From Naegleria gruberi (lineage: Eukaryota): a DNA stretch of 64,000 nucleotides. The stretch lies in NCBI GenBank assembly GCA_000004985.1, contig GG738847.1; one strand, 5' to 3'. The stretch's first letter is position 1, and each line of letters opens with the position of its first letter. Made by a program: the position numbers and the translations under genes. This document shows positions 1-9,757 of this stretch, piece by piece. The notes below the pieces were generated by a model. The model saw only the letters and a program-made list of their open reading frames with translations. It ran no database searches and was not told the DNA's origin.

Positions 1-642
1 TGGACCAATTTGTTCTGGTTTCAATCCTTGTTGAATTTCTTTCTGGATGTGATTCTTCAAATCTTGGGCGGATCCCAACTTTTCAAATTCGAGTTGAGTT
101 TGAGGGAAACTCAAGTGAGCTAATTCTTCTAAGGTCTTTTCATCACCAGCAACGTTTATTGATTTGTTCTTTAATTGTGGATTCAAAGATGCTTCGACAA
201 CATACTTGGCAATATCTGAAGTGTCAGTCAATTGGATTCTGACATTCAAATCTCCATAGTATTTAACAGTGTCATTCTCCTTTTGGAATAAGAAACTTGG
301 AAAGAAAGCATAACTATAGAATAATCCATTGTGAATCAATAGATAGTCAACTTGGTTTTGAGATTGCAAATCACTAATCAATTTCTTCTTTGGATCGATG
401 AGGAAACTATCACCTAATTGCAAATAATCTTGGAAATTGAAACCGTAACTTGAAGGAACAAACTTTTTAACACCACTCAACTTGGCAGCATTCAATAATT
501 TCAGTTGACCATCATAAACAATTGACTGATCTCCAGAAAGTGCGCTTACAATGACTTCAATTCCTTTGAATAATTGAGCCAAATCTTCAACACTTGAAGT
601 TACAACATCTCCCTCAATAATGTGAGCATTAGAAATATTCAT
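1..642 (-). CDS. NmrA-like / isoflavone-reductase-family NAD(P)-binding protein (exon; 3' part continues past window start)
   Basis: Minus-strand ORF from ATG at 640-642 is open through position 1: MNISNAHIIEGDVVTSSVEDLAQLFKGIEVIVSALSG...LGSAQDLKNHIQKEIQQGLKPEQIGP. The pattern matches the central and C-terminal parts of NmrA/PCBER-type reductases. The GxxGxxG Rossmann N-terminus is missing, so an upstream exon is likely (possibly near 880-960). Confidence 0.5.
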   Translation of the reverse strand, partial: MNISNAHIIEGDVVTSSVEDLAQLFKGIEVIVSALSGDQSIVYDGQLKLLNAAKLSGVKKFVPSSYGFNFQDYLQLGDSFLIDPKKKLISDLQSQNQVDYLLIHNGLFYSYAFFPSFLFQKENDTVKYYGDLNVRIQLTDTSDIAKYVVEASLNPQLKNKSINVAGDEKTLEELAHLSFPQTQLEFEKLGSAQDLKNHIQKEIQQGLKPEQIGP

Positions 643-1086
643 TTACTGGCCATTTAAATTAAAATAGAGAGATAGTACGCAGTGAGTGAGGAAAAATTTG
701 TACGCCCTAAGACACACCATCGGGATTGACAAAGAGTGCATGGACATACATTGTTATTCCAAGCTTGAGGAGCGCAAACATTCCATAATGGAATTTTTCA
801 AACTTCCAAACAGTGGTTCACATTTTCAATGTTTCTCTTTTTGTTGAAGAGGAAAATTACTCTCCGTCCTCCTACTAATACTAATACAGCAACCTTCTTT
901 AATTCTCTTCTTTCTCTAACTGCCATTGAATACAAAGTGTTGAGGGAGTAGATGCTTGTTCTTCAGTGGTGGCACTAGCTCTTGATGTGAAAGGGTTAGA
1001 CATTTTCTAGTATTACATAATACTTGTTTGGCCGTATATTGAAAACTCTTAATTTACTAGAAATTGGAAGTATTAAGGAAGTGAAT

Positions 1087-1205
1087 GGCTACGGCCATAT
1101 CACGATTCATGCACCTCATCCCGTCCGATTTGAGAAGTTAAGCATCGTCGAGCCACATCAGTACTGAGGTTGGAGACAACTTGGGAACCTGTGGTGCTGT
1201 AGTCT
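1087..1205 (+). rRNA. 5S ribosomal RNA gene (dispersed chromosomal copy) followed by a T5 run
   Basis: GGCTACGGCCATATCACGATTCATGCACCTCATCCCGTCCGATTTGAGAAGTTAAGC...AGTACTGAGGTTGGAGACAACTTGGGAACCTGTGGTGCTGTAGTC. The 5' and 3' ends pair (GGCTAC with GTAGTC, allowing G-U). Internal GGTTGGAGACAAC and GGGAAC blocks resemble Dictyostelium 5S. A TTTTT pol III terminator follows immediately at 1206-1210. Confidence 0.85.
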
Positions 1206-1265
1206 TTTTACAAAATTTGAAAAACAAGGTAAATTAATTTGGTAGTTTTGTATCTTATGTTTATT

Positions 1266-2510
1266 TTAAACTGAAAATCTCTTACTTTTAATCATAAAAA
1301 CCAATAATTGATACAATAGGAAATCGGAGAGTTCTTTTCTTGAAGGAACTTGATCAATAAAGGCAAGATTATTTTCACAATAATTTACAATGGGAAGTAA
1401 GCTAACATCCATCTTTTCAACTGATTTGATAGGTTTGGAATAATTGCCAAACAAGACATCTGTTTCTCTTTGATCAATTTCTTCGAATACATGACCATCA
1501 AAAACAAAACTCTTGAAATCTTTCAATGTTCTTTCCTTATTTAGGAAAGAGGAAGAATTATCGAGAGCTGTTGCTACCAAAACAGTTGGGACGCCTTTCT
1601 TCCATGAGTATTCATTCAACTCTGAGAATAAGTTTCGTGCAGGAGGTGAGGTAGTTATCTTGTCATGACTAGCACAATACAGAATAATGTTTGGTTTGGA
1701 AATTGGATTAGGATTTGAAATAAATACTTCATTGTTGTCCATACCACTTCTGACTTTTCCTTTAAAGATTCTTCCGAGAATTTTCTTTGCCGGTTCAATA
1801 TCTGATTTCAAAGGTTCTCTCAATTGATTCCAAAATCCAGGACAATCAATAATCTCAATTTCTACGTGCTTTCCATCAATTTCCTTTGAAAGCTTCAAAT
1901 TGAAAATTTGTGTAGTGACAGTTTGTTCAGATTTGTAACATTTAATCATTTCTCTCTTTCCTTCTGTCAAGACGAAACCCAAATTTTGTTCAAGTAAATC
2001 AACAATTGCTTTGAGGAGAGTTGACTTTCCTTCACCACAACCTCCACAAGTTAAAAATTTGAAAGTTTCTTCAACCTTTAGTAAATTTAGGAATGATTGC
2101 TGAAGGGTTTTAATTCTGGACGAAAGTGGAATATTCTTTTCGATTTCTAAGGAGTAAAGCTTGGTTTTGAATTCAACTCCTTGTTGATCCTTGATGGTCG
2201 CATAAATTTCTTCCTTAAATTTTGACTTGTCGTTGGAAGAAAGGAAGAGAATATTCGAATTGAAAGCTTCCAATATTTTCGTATTATTCTTGGTGAATAG
2301 TGCAACATGATAAGGAACCTGACCCAAGTTTCCTGAGAGATGAAACTCAACCATTGCAAGGGAATCATAAACTTTTGAAATGGATACGGACCATTCAGGT
2401 TTACGTTTGGTTTCTTCTTGTTTAGTTTGATTATCTGTTTGATAGGTTTTGTACATGTAACCAGCTGCAATAGATGCAACACTGAAAAGAGCAGGAAGAA
2501 GGTAATTCAT
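1266..2510 (-). CDS. Membrane-anchored P-loop GTPase of the AIG1/IRG/Toc-like (TRAFAC) type
   Basis: 414-aa ORF. N-terminal hydrophobic anchor MNYLLPALFSVASIAAGYMY. G1 motif FLTCGGCGEGKSTLLKAI (GxxxxGKS). G3-like motif IIDCPGFW (DxPG). No introns evident. Confidence 0.6.
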   Translation of the reverse strand: MNYLLPALFSVASIAAGYMYKTYQTDNQTKQEETKRKPEWSVSISKVYDSLAMVEFHLSGNLGQVPYHVALFTKNNTKILEAFNSNILFLSSNDKSKFKEEIYATIKDQQGVEFKTKLYSLEIEKNIPLSSRIKTLQQSFLNLLKVEETFKFLTCGGCGEGKSTLLKAIVDLLEQNLGFVLTEGKREMIKCYKSEQTVTTQIFNLKLSKEIDGKHVEIEIIDCPGFWNQLREPLKSDIEPAKKILGRIFKGKVRSGMDNNEVFISNPNPISKPNIILYCASHDKITTSPPARNLFSELNEYSWKKGVPTVLVATALDNSSSFLNKERTLKDFKSFVFDGHVFEEIDQRETDVLFGNYSKPIKSVEKMDVSLLPIVNYCENNLAFIDQVPSRKELSDFLLYQLLVFMIKSKRFSV

Positions 2511-2749
2511 TTAGTTTTTTGTATTAGAGAAATTGATCAGTCCAACAACTTCGAATGATTTATTCGAAACGTGTGTAAATTTTTGATTCTCTTTGATCCA
2601 ACCAATAGAAATCGTCCTGCAACACTTTACAATGGAATTCCAAAGTCAGTTTTTGTAATTCTTGATCAAAAATGGTCTTTGATCAATAAATACCTTCATT
2701 TGTTTGCATCACGTTTTCCACAAACTATAGTTTAGTTTCTTTTAAAAAA

Positions 2750-3565
2750 ATGATCAAAACAATTCTTGCTACCATTGCAGCAATTTCAACTTCAATTGGT
2801 TTTGGAGTTTTGGCTACACAACCCACGAGACAAGATCCTTATGGGGAATCTGTTATTTCACAAAATTCGAATAATCCTTCGTCTATTGTTCAAACTAATC
2901 TAGATGCCGCTATCAAGTATGAAAATTTGCAGCGTGAAGTTGAAATTATCAATCAAAAAATTCAAGATTTAATGTCACAACTTTCCACTCAGGGAAAATT
3001 AATCGAAACTTTGAAAACTAAACTGGAAATGGTAGAATTGAAATGGGTAACTTCTATTGTGGAATTAACAAGGAAACAAGATGGAGTTATTTGGACTTGT
3101 TTGATTGCAGGAGGTGGATTATTAACAATTTTCCTTATTTACAAGTTTATTTTAAGGAAGAAGAAAGTTTTTTCAAAGTTATTCGAAACAAATTCATCTC
3201 CTCCTCAGAAAGTCCCAAATCCAAAACCTTCTACAATTCTGTACTATTACCTTGCAGAGAAGGAATTTTTTGATGTACATTTTCAAAAAATACTCTCCTC
3301 ACTCAATTCTCATTCGAATGTTAAATTTGAAAGAGTTTCCAATCAATCTCAAAGTCATTTCACAATTCTAAACTTTAGCAATAGACAGAGAATGGGTAAT
3401 AACGTTCCAGATTCCATCAATCAATACCTTTCCATTGGTGGGAATGTGAACAGCACTGAATGGGCTAATAATGAAGTGAGATTATTTAGTGATGAGAATG
3501 GAAATGTTGATTGGAATGAAGATGTCATTGAAACTCTTATTAAGCTGGGAAATAAATTAGATTAA
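2750..3565 (+). CDS. Hypothetical secreted/type-I membrane protein with coiled coil
   Basis: 271-aa ORF. Signal-peptide-like N-terminus MIKTILATIAAISTSIGFGVLA. Heptad-rich segment (EVEIINQKIQDLMSQLSTQGKLIETLKTKLEMVELK). One TM helix WTCLIAGGGLLTIFLIYKFIL followed by RKKK. No recognisable catalytic motif. Confidence 0.45.
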   Translation: MIKTILATIAAISTSIGFGVLATQPTRQDPYGESVISQNSNNPSSIVQTNLDAAIKYENLQREVEIINQKIQDLMSQLSTQGKLIETLKTKLEMVELKWVTSIVELTRKQDGVIWTCLIAGGGLLTIFLIYKFILRKKKVFSKLFETNSSPPQKVPNPKPSTILYYYLAEKEFFDVHFQKILSSLNSHSNVKFERVSNQSQSHFTILNFSNRQRMGNNVPDSINQYLSIGGNVNSTEWANNEVRLFSDENGNVDWNEDVIETLIKLGNKLD

Positions 3566-3744
3566 ACTATATTCCTCCTGTTTTTCCAAGAAATTGTTGT
3601 CATAAAAAAAGGATTTGTTAATACTATCTACCAAATACCATGCCAATTAACAAGAGTTAAAGTGATATGCTGCATAAATTTTAAAATTAATTGGATTAAT
3701 ACACCAGTTCGTTATCATTCAAAGGCAAACTCTCTTTGAAACAA

Positions 3745-5214
3745 CTATTTGTATTCAAGTAAATTATTAAAAACCCATCTAACAATTATGTTTTTAACTG
3801 CAAGACTCTTAATTTCAAGTGGTTGTGCAAAGGCATGACTAATCTTTGCTTCTTTGTCACCATTAAAACTAATCAAAGCATCAATAATATTGTCCAAGTC
3901 ACGTCCTTTCAATTTGAGGTTTTGGGACTCTTCTTCATCCAATCCAACACCTTGCTCAGCATCTAATAATACCACTTTAACTTGCTCAGGGCTCCAACTT
4001 TTTGGCCTGCTTTTATCCAATAGATTATCTTGGATAATTAACATTCCACAAGCTCTTTGTAATGTTTTTGAGTTTGATGCTTGATTGGCATGCATTTGAG
4101 AGGATCCAATATTTGATGTCAAAGGAGTGTATGAAGATTCAATGCTTGAAAAAGAAGGTTTTTGGGGGAATCCAACATGATAACAAATCATTTTTCTATA
4201 CAGTTCTTCCTTTTTCTGGGTGTGGTCATGAAACAGAGTATACAAATCCTTGCTTAATAAATTCTCTAAGCCTTTTTTAGTTAACAATAGAACTTCGAAA
4301 CCTCCTTTTTTCAATTTCAACCAAGATTTTGTTCCAAATTTTGGCTTTGTGTAGCTTATTGTTTCATTCTCTAGATAGCATGTTCCTGTTATAAGAAGAG
4401 ATCCATAATTATTCGCATTTTTTTCTATAACTCGAAGTACGCTATCTGAATATCCCATAACTACCATTATTACTGTGAAGTGTAAATTTTCTCCATTCAA
4501 AGATGGCTTTTCTTCAACTGAATAGGTATTGGGTAAAAAAGCCGATGCTTGATTGATTTCTTCTTGCAACTTTGATAAAGAAAAATCCTTTTCATAGAGT
4601 TTCATTTCAAATAATAACAATTTTCTTAATACTTGTAATGGAGTTTTGTTCAGTGCTATCAATACATCAAATCCACTATTAATTTCTCCAGGAATAGCTG
4701 CACAAAATTGATTTTCACTCATAGCATCGTCTAACACTGAGGTGAATGATACGTAATTTGGATGTAGGTAATTACTAAACCCCATCTCTTGATCGTACTG
4801 TTGTTTTGTGCTAATTGGTGAAAATCCAGGGATTAAAATATTTTGTGTTAAAAAATTGGGAGGTAACTCTAAACTACTAAAAAATGTTTCTTTGAAAATC
4901 CCGCCACATAAATCCCCAAATACAGTAATTTCGTTCGTTTTTGTAAAAGAGAGAGTCAATATTTGTTCAGCTAATAAATCAATGACTGATAATTCCAACG
5001 CCTTTGAAGTGTGGAGTAAAATGGAATTATTTTGCAACAAATTATAGCGCACTCCACTTATTGATGTTTTGAATTTTGATAATTTCATTAAAATATCATC
5101 TTTTAGTAGCTTGGGTATATTAATCTTGACAGTCTTATCTTCCATGACTTGAAAATGCATTTTTAAATATGGAAGTATTTCAATAAAGTTTCTGTGCCTC
5201 TTATTAAAGTACAA
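3745..5214 (-). CDS. C-terminal continuation (or separate downstream cistron) of the P-loop NTPase gene; no recognisable domain
   Basis: 489 sense codons in the same frame as 5218..6489. The first ATG (MHFQVMEDK...) is only 57 nt after the TAG. A separate promoter in that space is implausible. Confidence 0.4.
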   Translation of the reverse strand: MYFNKRHRNFIEILPYLKMHFQVMEDKTVKINIPKLLKDDILMKLSKFKTSISGVRYNLLQNNSILLHTSKALELSVIDLLAEQILTLSFTKTNEITVFGDLCGGIFKETFFSSLELPPNFLTQNILIPGFSPISTKQQYDQEMGFSNYLHPNYVSFTSVLDDAMSENQFCAAIPGEINSGFDVLIALNKTPLQVLRKLLLFEMKLYEKDFSLSKLQEEINQASAFLPNTYSVEEKPSLNGENLHFTVIMVVMGYSDSVLRVIEKNANNYGSLLITGTCYLENETISYTKPKFGTKSWLKLKKGGFEVLLLTKKGLENLLSKDLYTLFHDHTQKKEELYRKMICYHVGFPQKPSFSSIESSYTPLTSNIGSSQMHANQASNSKTLQRACGMLIIQDNLLDKSRPKSWSPEQVKVVLLDAEQGVGLDEEESQNLKLKGRDLDNIIDALISFNGDKEAKISHAFAQPLEIKSLAVKNIIVRWVFNNLLEYK

Positions 5215-5217
5215 TTT

Positions 5218-6489
5218 CTAAAACTCATTAAACTGAAAACTAAAGAATTCTACACTTACTGTTTGAGATGGTATGGCAATACCAAAGGAATGGAGTAAAT
5301 ATAAATGAGCTACCAATTTGGCTTGTTCATCATTGCGCAGAGCAATCGTCACATCGTGTTGTTTTTGCTCAGATTTTTCAATAGCTTCACATATTTTCTC
5401 TTTTGATGATAAATTATTCAAGTTACGCAAAATGCTATTGAATGCATTTTCCATTATTCTTGGAGCAGTTCCAGTATATTCCACAAGAATATCTATGAAA
5501 TCATCAATATCATTTAAGCCTAACAATTGTAAAGCATCCAATAGTGTGATACACGAATTACCTTTTTGAACATGACTCTGTCTGAGCATGATTTCGACGA
5601 CCTGGTTTTCCATAGGTGACAGAAATACAAGACAGTAATCAGAAGGTGGACTTTTTTTAACATCTTGATTCTCTGTCAAAGCTAAGTGTACAGGAATATG
5701 ACCACTAAATATAACAGTGCTCTTATAGGGGATCAGAAGTGGCATTACTTCATTCCATAATTCTAGAAAGCGACTCAAATAAATATCACAACCTTCTTTA
5801 CATGTTGTCCATTTCGAGTCTTGCAATAGTTGCCCAAAATTATTCTGTAAAATTCCATCTACTTCATCAACAAGTACTAAATATCCTTCAGGTAAGGATG
5901 AATCAATATTTAAAGCTTCAAAAATAAGGTTAGCTCCATAATCGTTTTGGTTTGCAAAATCCAACATCTTTTGGTAAAAATCTTGTCTTTTCTGTAAAAG
6001 ATCTTGTGATCCATTTGGTTGGAATTTTGTTATAAATTGCTTGCAATATTCCTTAACCACGAAATCAGCAATTTTTTTGCTCATATCTGAAATACTTTCT
6101 TCCGAAGAGACTTTAAATAATCTAAAATCCAATTCAAATAGCTGTAAATCTTTCACCCATTCCGATTGTTGATCCCATTTTCCATATACCTCTCTAAATC
6201 TTCTGACCAAGGTTGTTTTACCAATACCAAAGGTTTGAAAAAGCGACACTAATTTAGCTTGGCTCAAGTTTTGTTGCTTCTTGTTTTGCACTAAAGTATT
6301 AACAATTCGTTCCGACTCATTTTCACGATTAACAAATTTAAGTTGTAATGCAGAGTTTTTGAGGTCTTCTTTTGTTATTAATACATGAGTCTGTGGAGAA
6401 GAGAAAGGTTTGGTGGTTTCGGGTTCTTGTTTTTGCTTTTTGTTTTTAGGACCATCACCTGCCATTACACATTTTGTGCATTTTTTCAT
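5218..6489 (-). CDS. P-loop NTPase (STAND/AAA-like), N-terminal segment; reading frame continues past an in-frame TAG into ORF 3745..5214
   Basis: 423-aa ORF. Walker A LVSLFQTFGIGKTTLVRRF. Walker B YLVLVDEVDG. The TAG at 5215-5217 is followed in the same frame by 489 more sense codons. Confidence 0.55.
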   Translation of the reverse strand: MKKCTKCVMAGDGPKNKKQKQEPETTKPFSSPQTHVLITKEDLKNSALQLKFVNRENESERIVNTLVQNKKQQNLSQAKLVSLFQTFGIGKTTLVRRFREVYGKWDQQSEWVKDLQLFELDFRLFKVSSEESISDMSKKIADFVVKEYCKQFITKFQPNGSQDLLQKRQDFYQKMLDFANQNDYGANLIFEALNIDSSLPEGYLVLVDEVDGILQNNFGQLLQDSKWTTCKEGCDIYLSRFLELWNEVMPLLIPYKSTVIFSGHIPVHLALTENQDVKKSPPSDYCLVFLSPMENQVVEIMLRQSHVQKGNSCITLLDALQLLGLNDIDDFIDILVEYTGTAPRIMENAFNSILRNLNNLSSKEKICEAIEKSEQKQHDVTIALRNDEQAKLVAHLYLLHSFGIAIPSQTVSVEFFSFQFNEF

Positions 6490-6568
6490 TATTGTTTGGC
6501 GAGAAGATCACCCGAAATCCCAAACAACAACTTTTATTTCTTGTTGGAATTCCAAGTATTAAATCCAC

Positions 6569-7112
6569 TTAGGGTTATTCACGAATTGAAAATGGAATGG
6601 AATAGAATGGAATGAAATTTTTCTAAAAAATTCTATCCAAATAATTCCGTGTCCAGAATTTTTTTTTAGAATTGGTTGTGAACGTTTATTACATTATTCA
6701 AACGTTGTAAACGTTTTAACGTTTTTTAAATGTTTAAAACGTTAAATATGTTTTTCTTGTAATAAGGAAACCATTATTGGAGGCCTCCAATAATCATCCC
6801 TATATTGTGATGATATAGTTGAGCTTGCTTAATGTCCTTAATATCTGTGTGGGCGGGAATCAAACTGATTTTCCATTTCTTTCAAATGTGTAAATACGTT
6901 TTCAACATTTAGAACGTTTCAAACGTTTTTAACGTGTTTAATCAGTTTAGTTTAATAAATTCTTTTCAAAAATTAAAAATAACCACCAACGAAATAATTG
7001 GAATTTTTTCACGGAATCATTCTGAATTATTCTAAAAAATTCTGAAAAATTCCGTCAATTCCATCAATTCCATCAATTCCGTCAATTCTTTCCAATTCGT
7101 GAATAACCCTAA
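6569..7112. mobile_element. MITE-like non-autonomous DNA element (about 545 bp) with 20-bp terminal inverted repeats
   Basis: Left end TTAGGGTTATTCACGAATTG (6569-6588). Right end CAATTCGTGAATAACCCTAA (7093-7112). These are perfect reverse complements. Subterminal GGAATGG/AATTCCATC 9-mer tandem copies sit on both ends. Internal AACGTT-rich palindromic blocks are at 6700-6745 and 6895-6950. No ORF. It lies in the divergent intergenic region between the 6489 start and the 7365 start. Confidence 0.6.
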
Positions 7113-7364
7113 CTAGTAATTGATTTGACATTTTTTTCTAAAGATTTTAGGTTCTTTTTACGTGGCCCATTTCCAGCCATACAAATGATCCTTTTTTCAA
7201 TTCAAGTTGAAAAATAAGTTGAAATTTACATGTTCATTTGAATTTATTGCTTTTATTTTGTCTAATATAGTGTAAATTTACTGTCCAACAGTGGAGTCCT
7301 TGTACAGGAAATTGTTGCCTTCCTTGCAAATGATGAAGATAAATCCAACATTGGTCAAATTCTC

Positions 7365-8126
7365 ATGATGAGATTAGTTTGCAAAGATTGGAACGAAACT
7401 TTTATTAATTCTCATGATTTCTGGTACAGTATGATGATTACCAATTTGGATAAGGGTATGAAAGCAAGAGGAATTGAAGAGAAGGTTGAAATTCTTTCAC
7501 ATCCCAATCGAAACAATACTCAGTTCATGTTAAATTGTATTCGAAACTGTTTTCTTGCTCAACAATCGATTGACTGTTTGAAATCAGTGGAAGCCGAACA
7601 ATCAATGTGTTATGAGCCTGCTATCCTTAACGAATCCAATGACGAATTAGTTTCCGAAATGATTCGCCAACTTTCACCTTACATCTTTATCCAGAAAACC
7701 TCTTTTGATTTCTTTTCTTATGATCAATCAGAATGTGAATATGATTTTATCATTCCAAATATTCAAGGAAATACCGAATTGACTGAACTATATTTTAAAG
7801 TTTATAGATGCGATTAAGGATGTGGTAATGGTTCACTACTAAGATCTATTGAAGTAGTTTTCCAAGAAGAAAAAGAAATTCTAAAAAATGAAGTTTGCTA
7901 CGAGTATGATGGCTCACGCTCAGAATACGTTGCAGATAAGGAGATGATTAAGGTTGTTATGGAGAGAATTGGGTTGAGTGCAGAAATGATAAAATCTAAA
8001 GCTTGTTTCGATGAATTTATGATTGCATTGTATTATAAAGCAGTTGTGGGAGTAATTCCTATTGCTCTATGTGAAAGAGATATGTTTTATATTGATAGAA
8101 CAAGCAGAATAAAAGATATTATGTAA
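7365..8126 (+). CDS. Hypothetical F-box-like protein; ORF interrupted by in-frame TAA at 7815-7817
   Basis: ORFs 7365..7817 and 7944..8126 are in the same frame (579 nt apart) with a single TAA between them. The frame is open upstream to 7266, encoding LVQEIVAFLANDEDKSNIGQILMMRLVCKDW (F-box-like L..EI..F and VCK.W) with no in-frame ATG. An ATG at 7330 is offset by 1 nt. Confidence 0.4.
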
Positions 8127-8197
8127 ACGGCCAATGCAAAACGACAAAATTATTGACAAAAAAAATAAAATAAAAGGAATATGGTTATGAACCAGAT

Positions 8198-9556
8198 TTA
8201 TTGCTTCTTATTAGCCTTCATTCTTTCCCTTAATTTATTCTTAGAATCGGATGAATTCATTTGAGCTTTTTGTTGTTCCATTCTCAATTTCTCGTAATGT
8301 TTTACTGTCCAGTCACCTCCTTCAATTGAGTAAAAGTCCATTGGATAGATTGGTCTCCATTCAGTGGCTGTTAAAGCTACCTCAGCTTCATAGGCAGTCA
8401 GTAATGGTTTATCAAAGAAGTGACCCCAATCGATTGAGAGACGAGGACAAGCAATTTGAATCCAACACTCAACATCGTGGAATAGTTGAAGTTTGCTTGG
8501 GAAAATTTCACTCAAAAGGAGAGAAACATATGGAATATTCTTTTCGTTCAGTAATCGTTCAATAGTTTCAAGAATTTTTGGAGAACCTTGTCTACCCAAA
8601 GTTCCTAGAATTACACCAAACTTTTTGGCTTTCTTTGCCTTTTCAATGGCATCTTGTCTGATGGAAAATAATTGTGGATGATCATAGTGTTCCTCTGTGA
8701 ATTTCTTTCCATATGGATCATATTTGTAATATTTCAATTCTGGATTTTGAATCATGACACTTTCCAAATGGAATCTACCATCTCCCAAATAAACCATAGT
8801 TTCAATTTGATGATTTTTAGCTAAATCTTTTGGACTTGTGCAACCCAGAACTTCACCAGGTGACAATGGTTTAACTTGAGGAATAAATACAGGAGTTGTG
8901 AAATGTTTGTCCAATTCTGCCTTGGCAGTTCTTAAACTTGAAACAAATTGAATAGTTGCAACCATAGCCATTTTGGTTTCTTTTGGAAAGTTGTTAATCA
9001 TTGATTGAACAAAATAATTAATATCAATTTGAATATCCACAAAAACGTATAGAATATTCTTAATGCAACAATCACTGACAGGAACAAGACAACTGTGAGC
9101 ATAATGCACCATGAAATCAGCACCCAAAGCTCTAGCAGTAAGATCATCTATACAGCATGCTCCGTATGTGACATCTCCCATAATTACTGTACTTGTTTCT
9201 GGACAAAATCTTTCAATAATATCACTAATCACACAACTAAACAAGAGCAATCCTTCAGGAAATTGCAAAGCAACTCTCTTTGGTTTAATTTGTTGAATTC
9301 TATGAATAGTTTTATGAATTTCAAAATTATAATTTGTTGGAAGTGTTTCCTTGATGAGTCTATTCAATTCTTCGTTTTCTAAAATTGAAGCAGGAACACT
9401 TTGTTGTAATTTAATACTAGATGAAAGATTAACTCCTGCATATGGATTTGATTGTTGTTGTTGTTCAGGAGTTTGTCCAATATTGTTGTTATTGTTATTA
9501 CTATCTTCCGATGATGAAGAAGAAACGGCAACAAGACTTGTTTCTTGATTTTCCAT
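8198..9556 (-). CDS. DPH1: Diphthamide biosynthesis protein 1 (2-(3-amino-3-carboxypropyl)histidine synthase subunit 1)
   Basis: 452-aa single-exon ORF. Hallmark DPH1 blocks [60 protein letters not shown] and [12 protein letters not shown]-terminal Ser/Asn/Gln low-complexity extension. Confidence 0.9.
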   Translation of the reverse strand: MENQETSLVAVSSSSSEDSNNNNNNIGQTPEQQQQSNPYAGVNLSSSIKLQQSVPASILENEELNRLIKETLPTNYNFEIHKTIHRIQQIKPKRVALQFPEGLLLFSCVISDIIERFCPETSTVIMGDVTYGACCIDDLTARALGADFMVHYAHSCLVPVSDCCIKNILYVFVDIQIDINYFVQSMINNFPKETKMAMVATIQFVSSLRTAKAELDKHFTTPVFIPQVKPLSPGEVLGCTSPKDLAKNHQIETMVYLGDGRFHLESVMIQNPELKYYKYDPYGKKFTEEHYDHPQLFSIRQDAIEKAKKAKKFGVILGTLGRQGSPKILETIERLLNEKNIPYVSLLLSEIFPSKLQLFHDVECWIQIACPRLSIDWGHFFDKPLLTAYEAEVALTATEWRPIYPMDFYSIEGGDWTVKHYEKLRMEQQKAQMNSSDSKNKLRERMKANKKQ

Positions 9557-9757
9557 TTTTTTTTATTCGTTTCAAAATTTTTATTAATTTACAATTTTAA
9601 ATTATTATATACTAGTCATAATAATAATATTAAATTATTATCACTTCTTCATGGTTATTAATTTTTTAATTATAATTCTATATGGAGGACTTGATAGTTT
9701 TCTATTTTTCATTGTTATTATTTTAATAAAATTACTTGATGATTATTTACATATAAA

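Noticed and set aside
5215-5290. 27-nt GTAAGT...TTTCAG segment just upstream of the in-frame TAG as a possible intron rescuing the frame
   Set aside because: It is too short (27 nt). Its length is a multiple of 3, and it lies upstream of the TAG, so removing it leaves the stop in frame.
6569-7112. piggyBac-type classification for the TIR element (TTA/GGG...CCC/TAA at the ends)
   Set aside because: piggyBac termini read 5'-CCC...GGG-3' flanked by TTAA. Here the orientation is the reverse (GGG at the left end, CCC at the right), and there is no TTAA duplication.
9420-9540. TTG/AAC trinucleotide runs (also 47540-47640 and 57100-57260) as microsatellite features
   Set aside because: They are in-frame Asn/Gln/Ser homopolymer codons inside DPH1, TRMT2A and ataxin-2. 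This is a typical dictyostelid coding low-complexity feature, not independent repeats.
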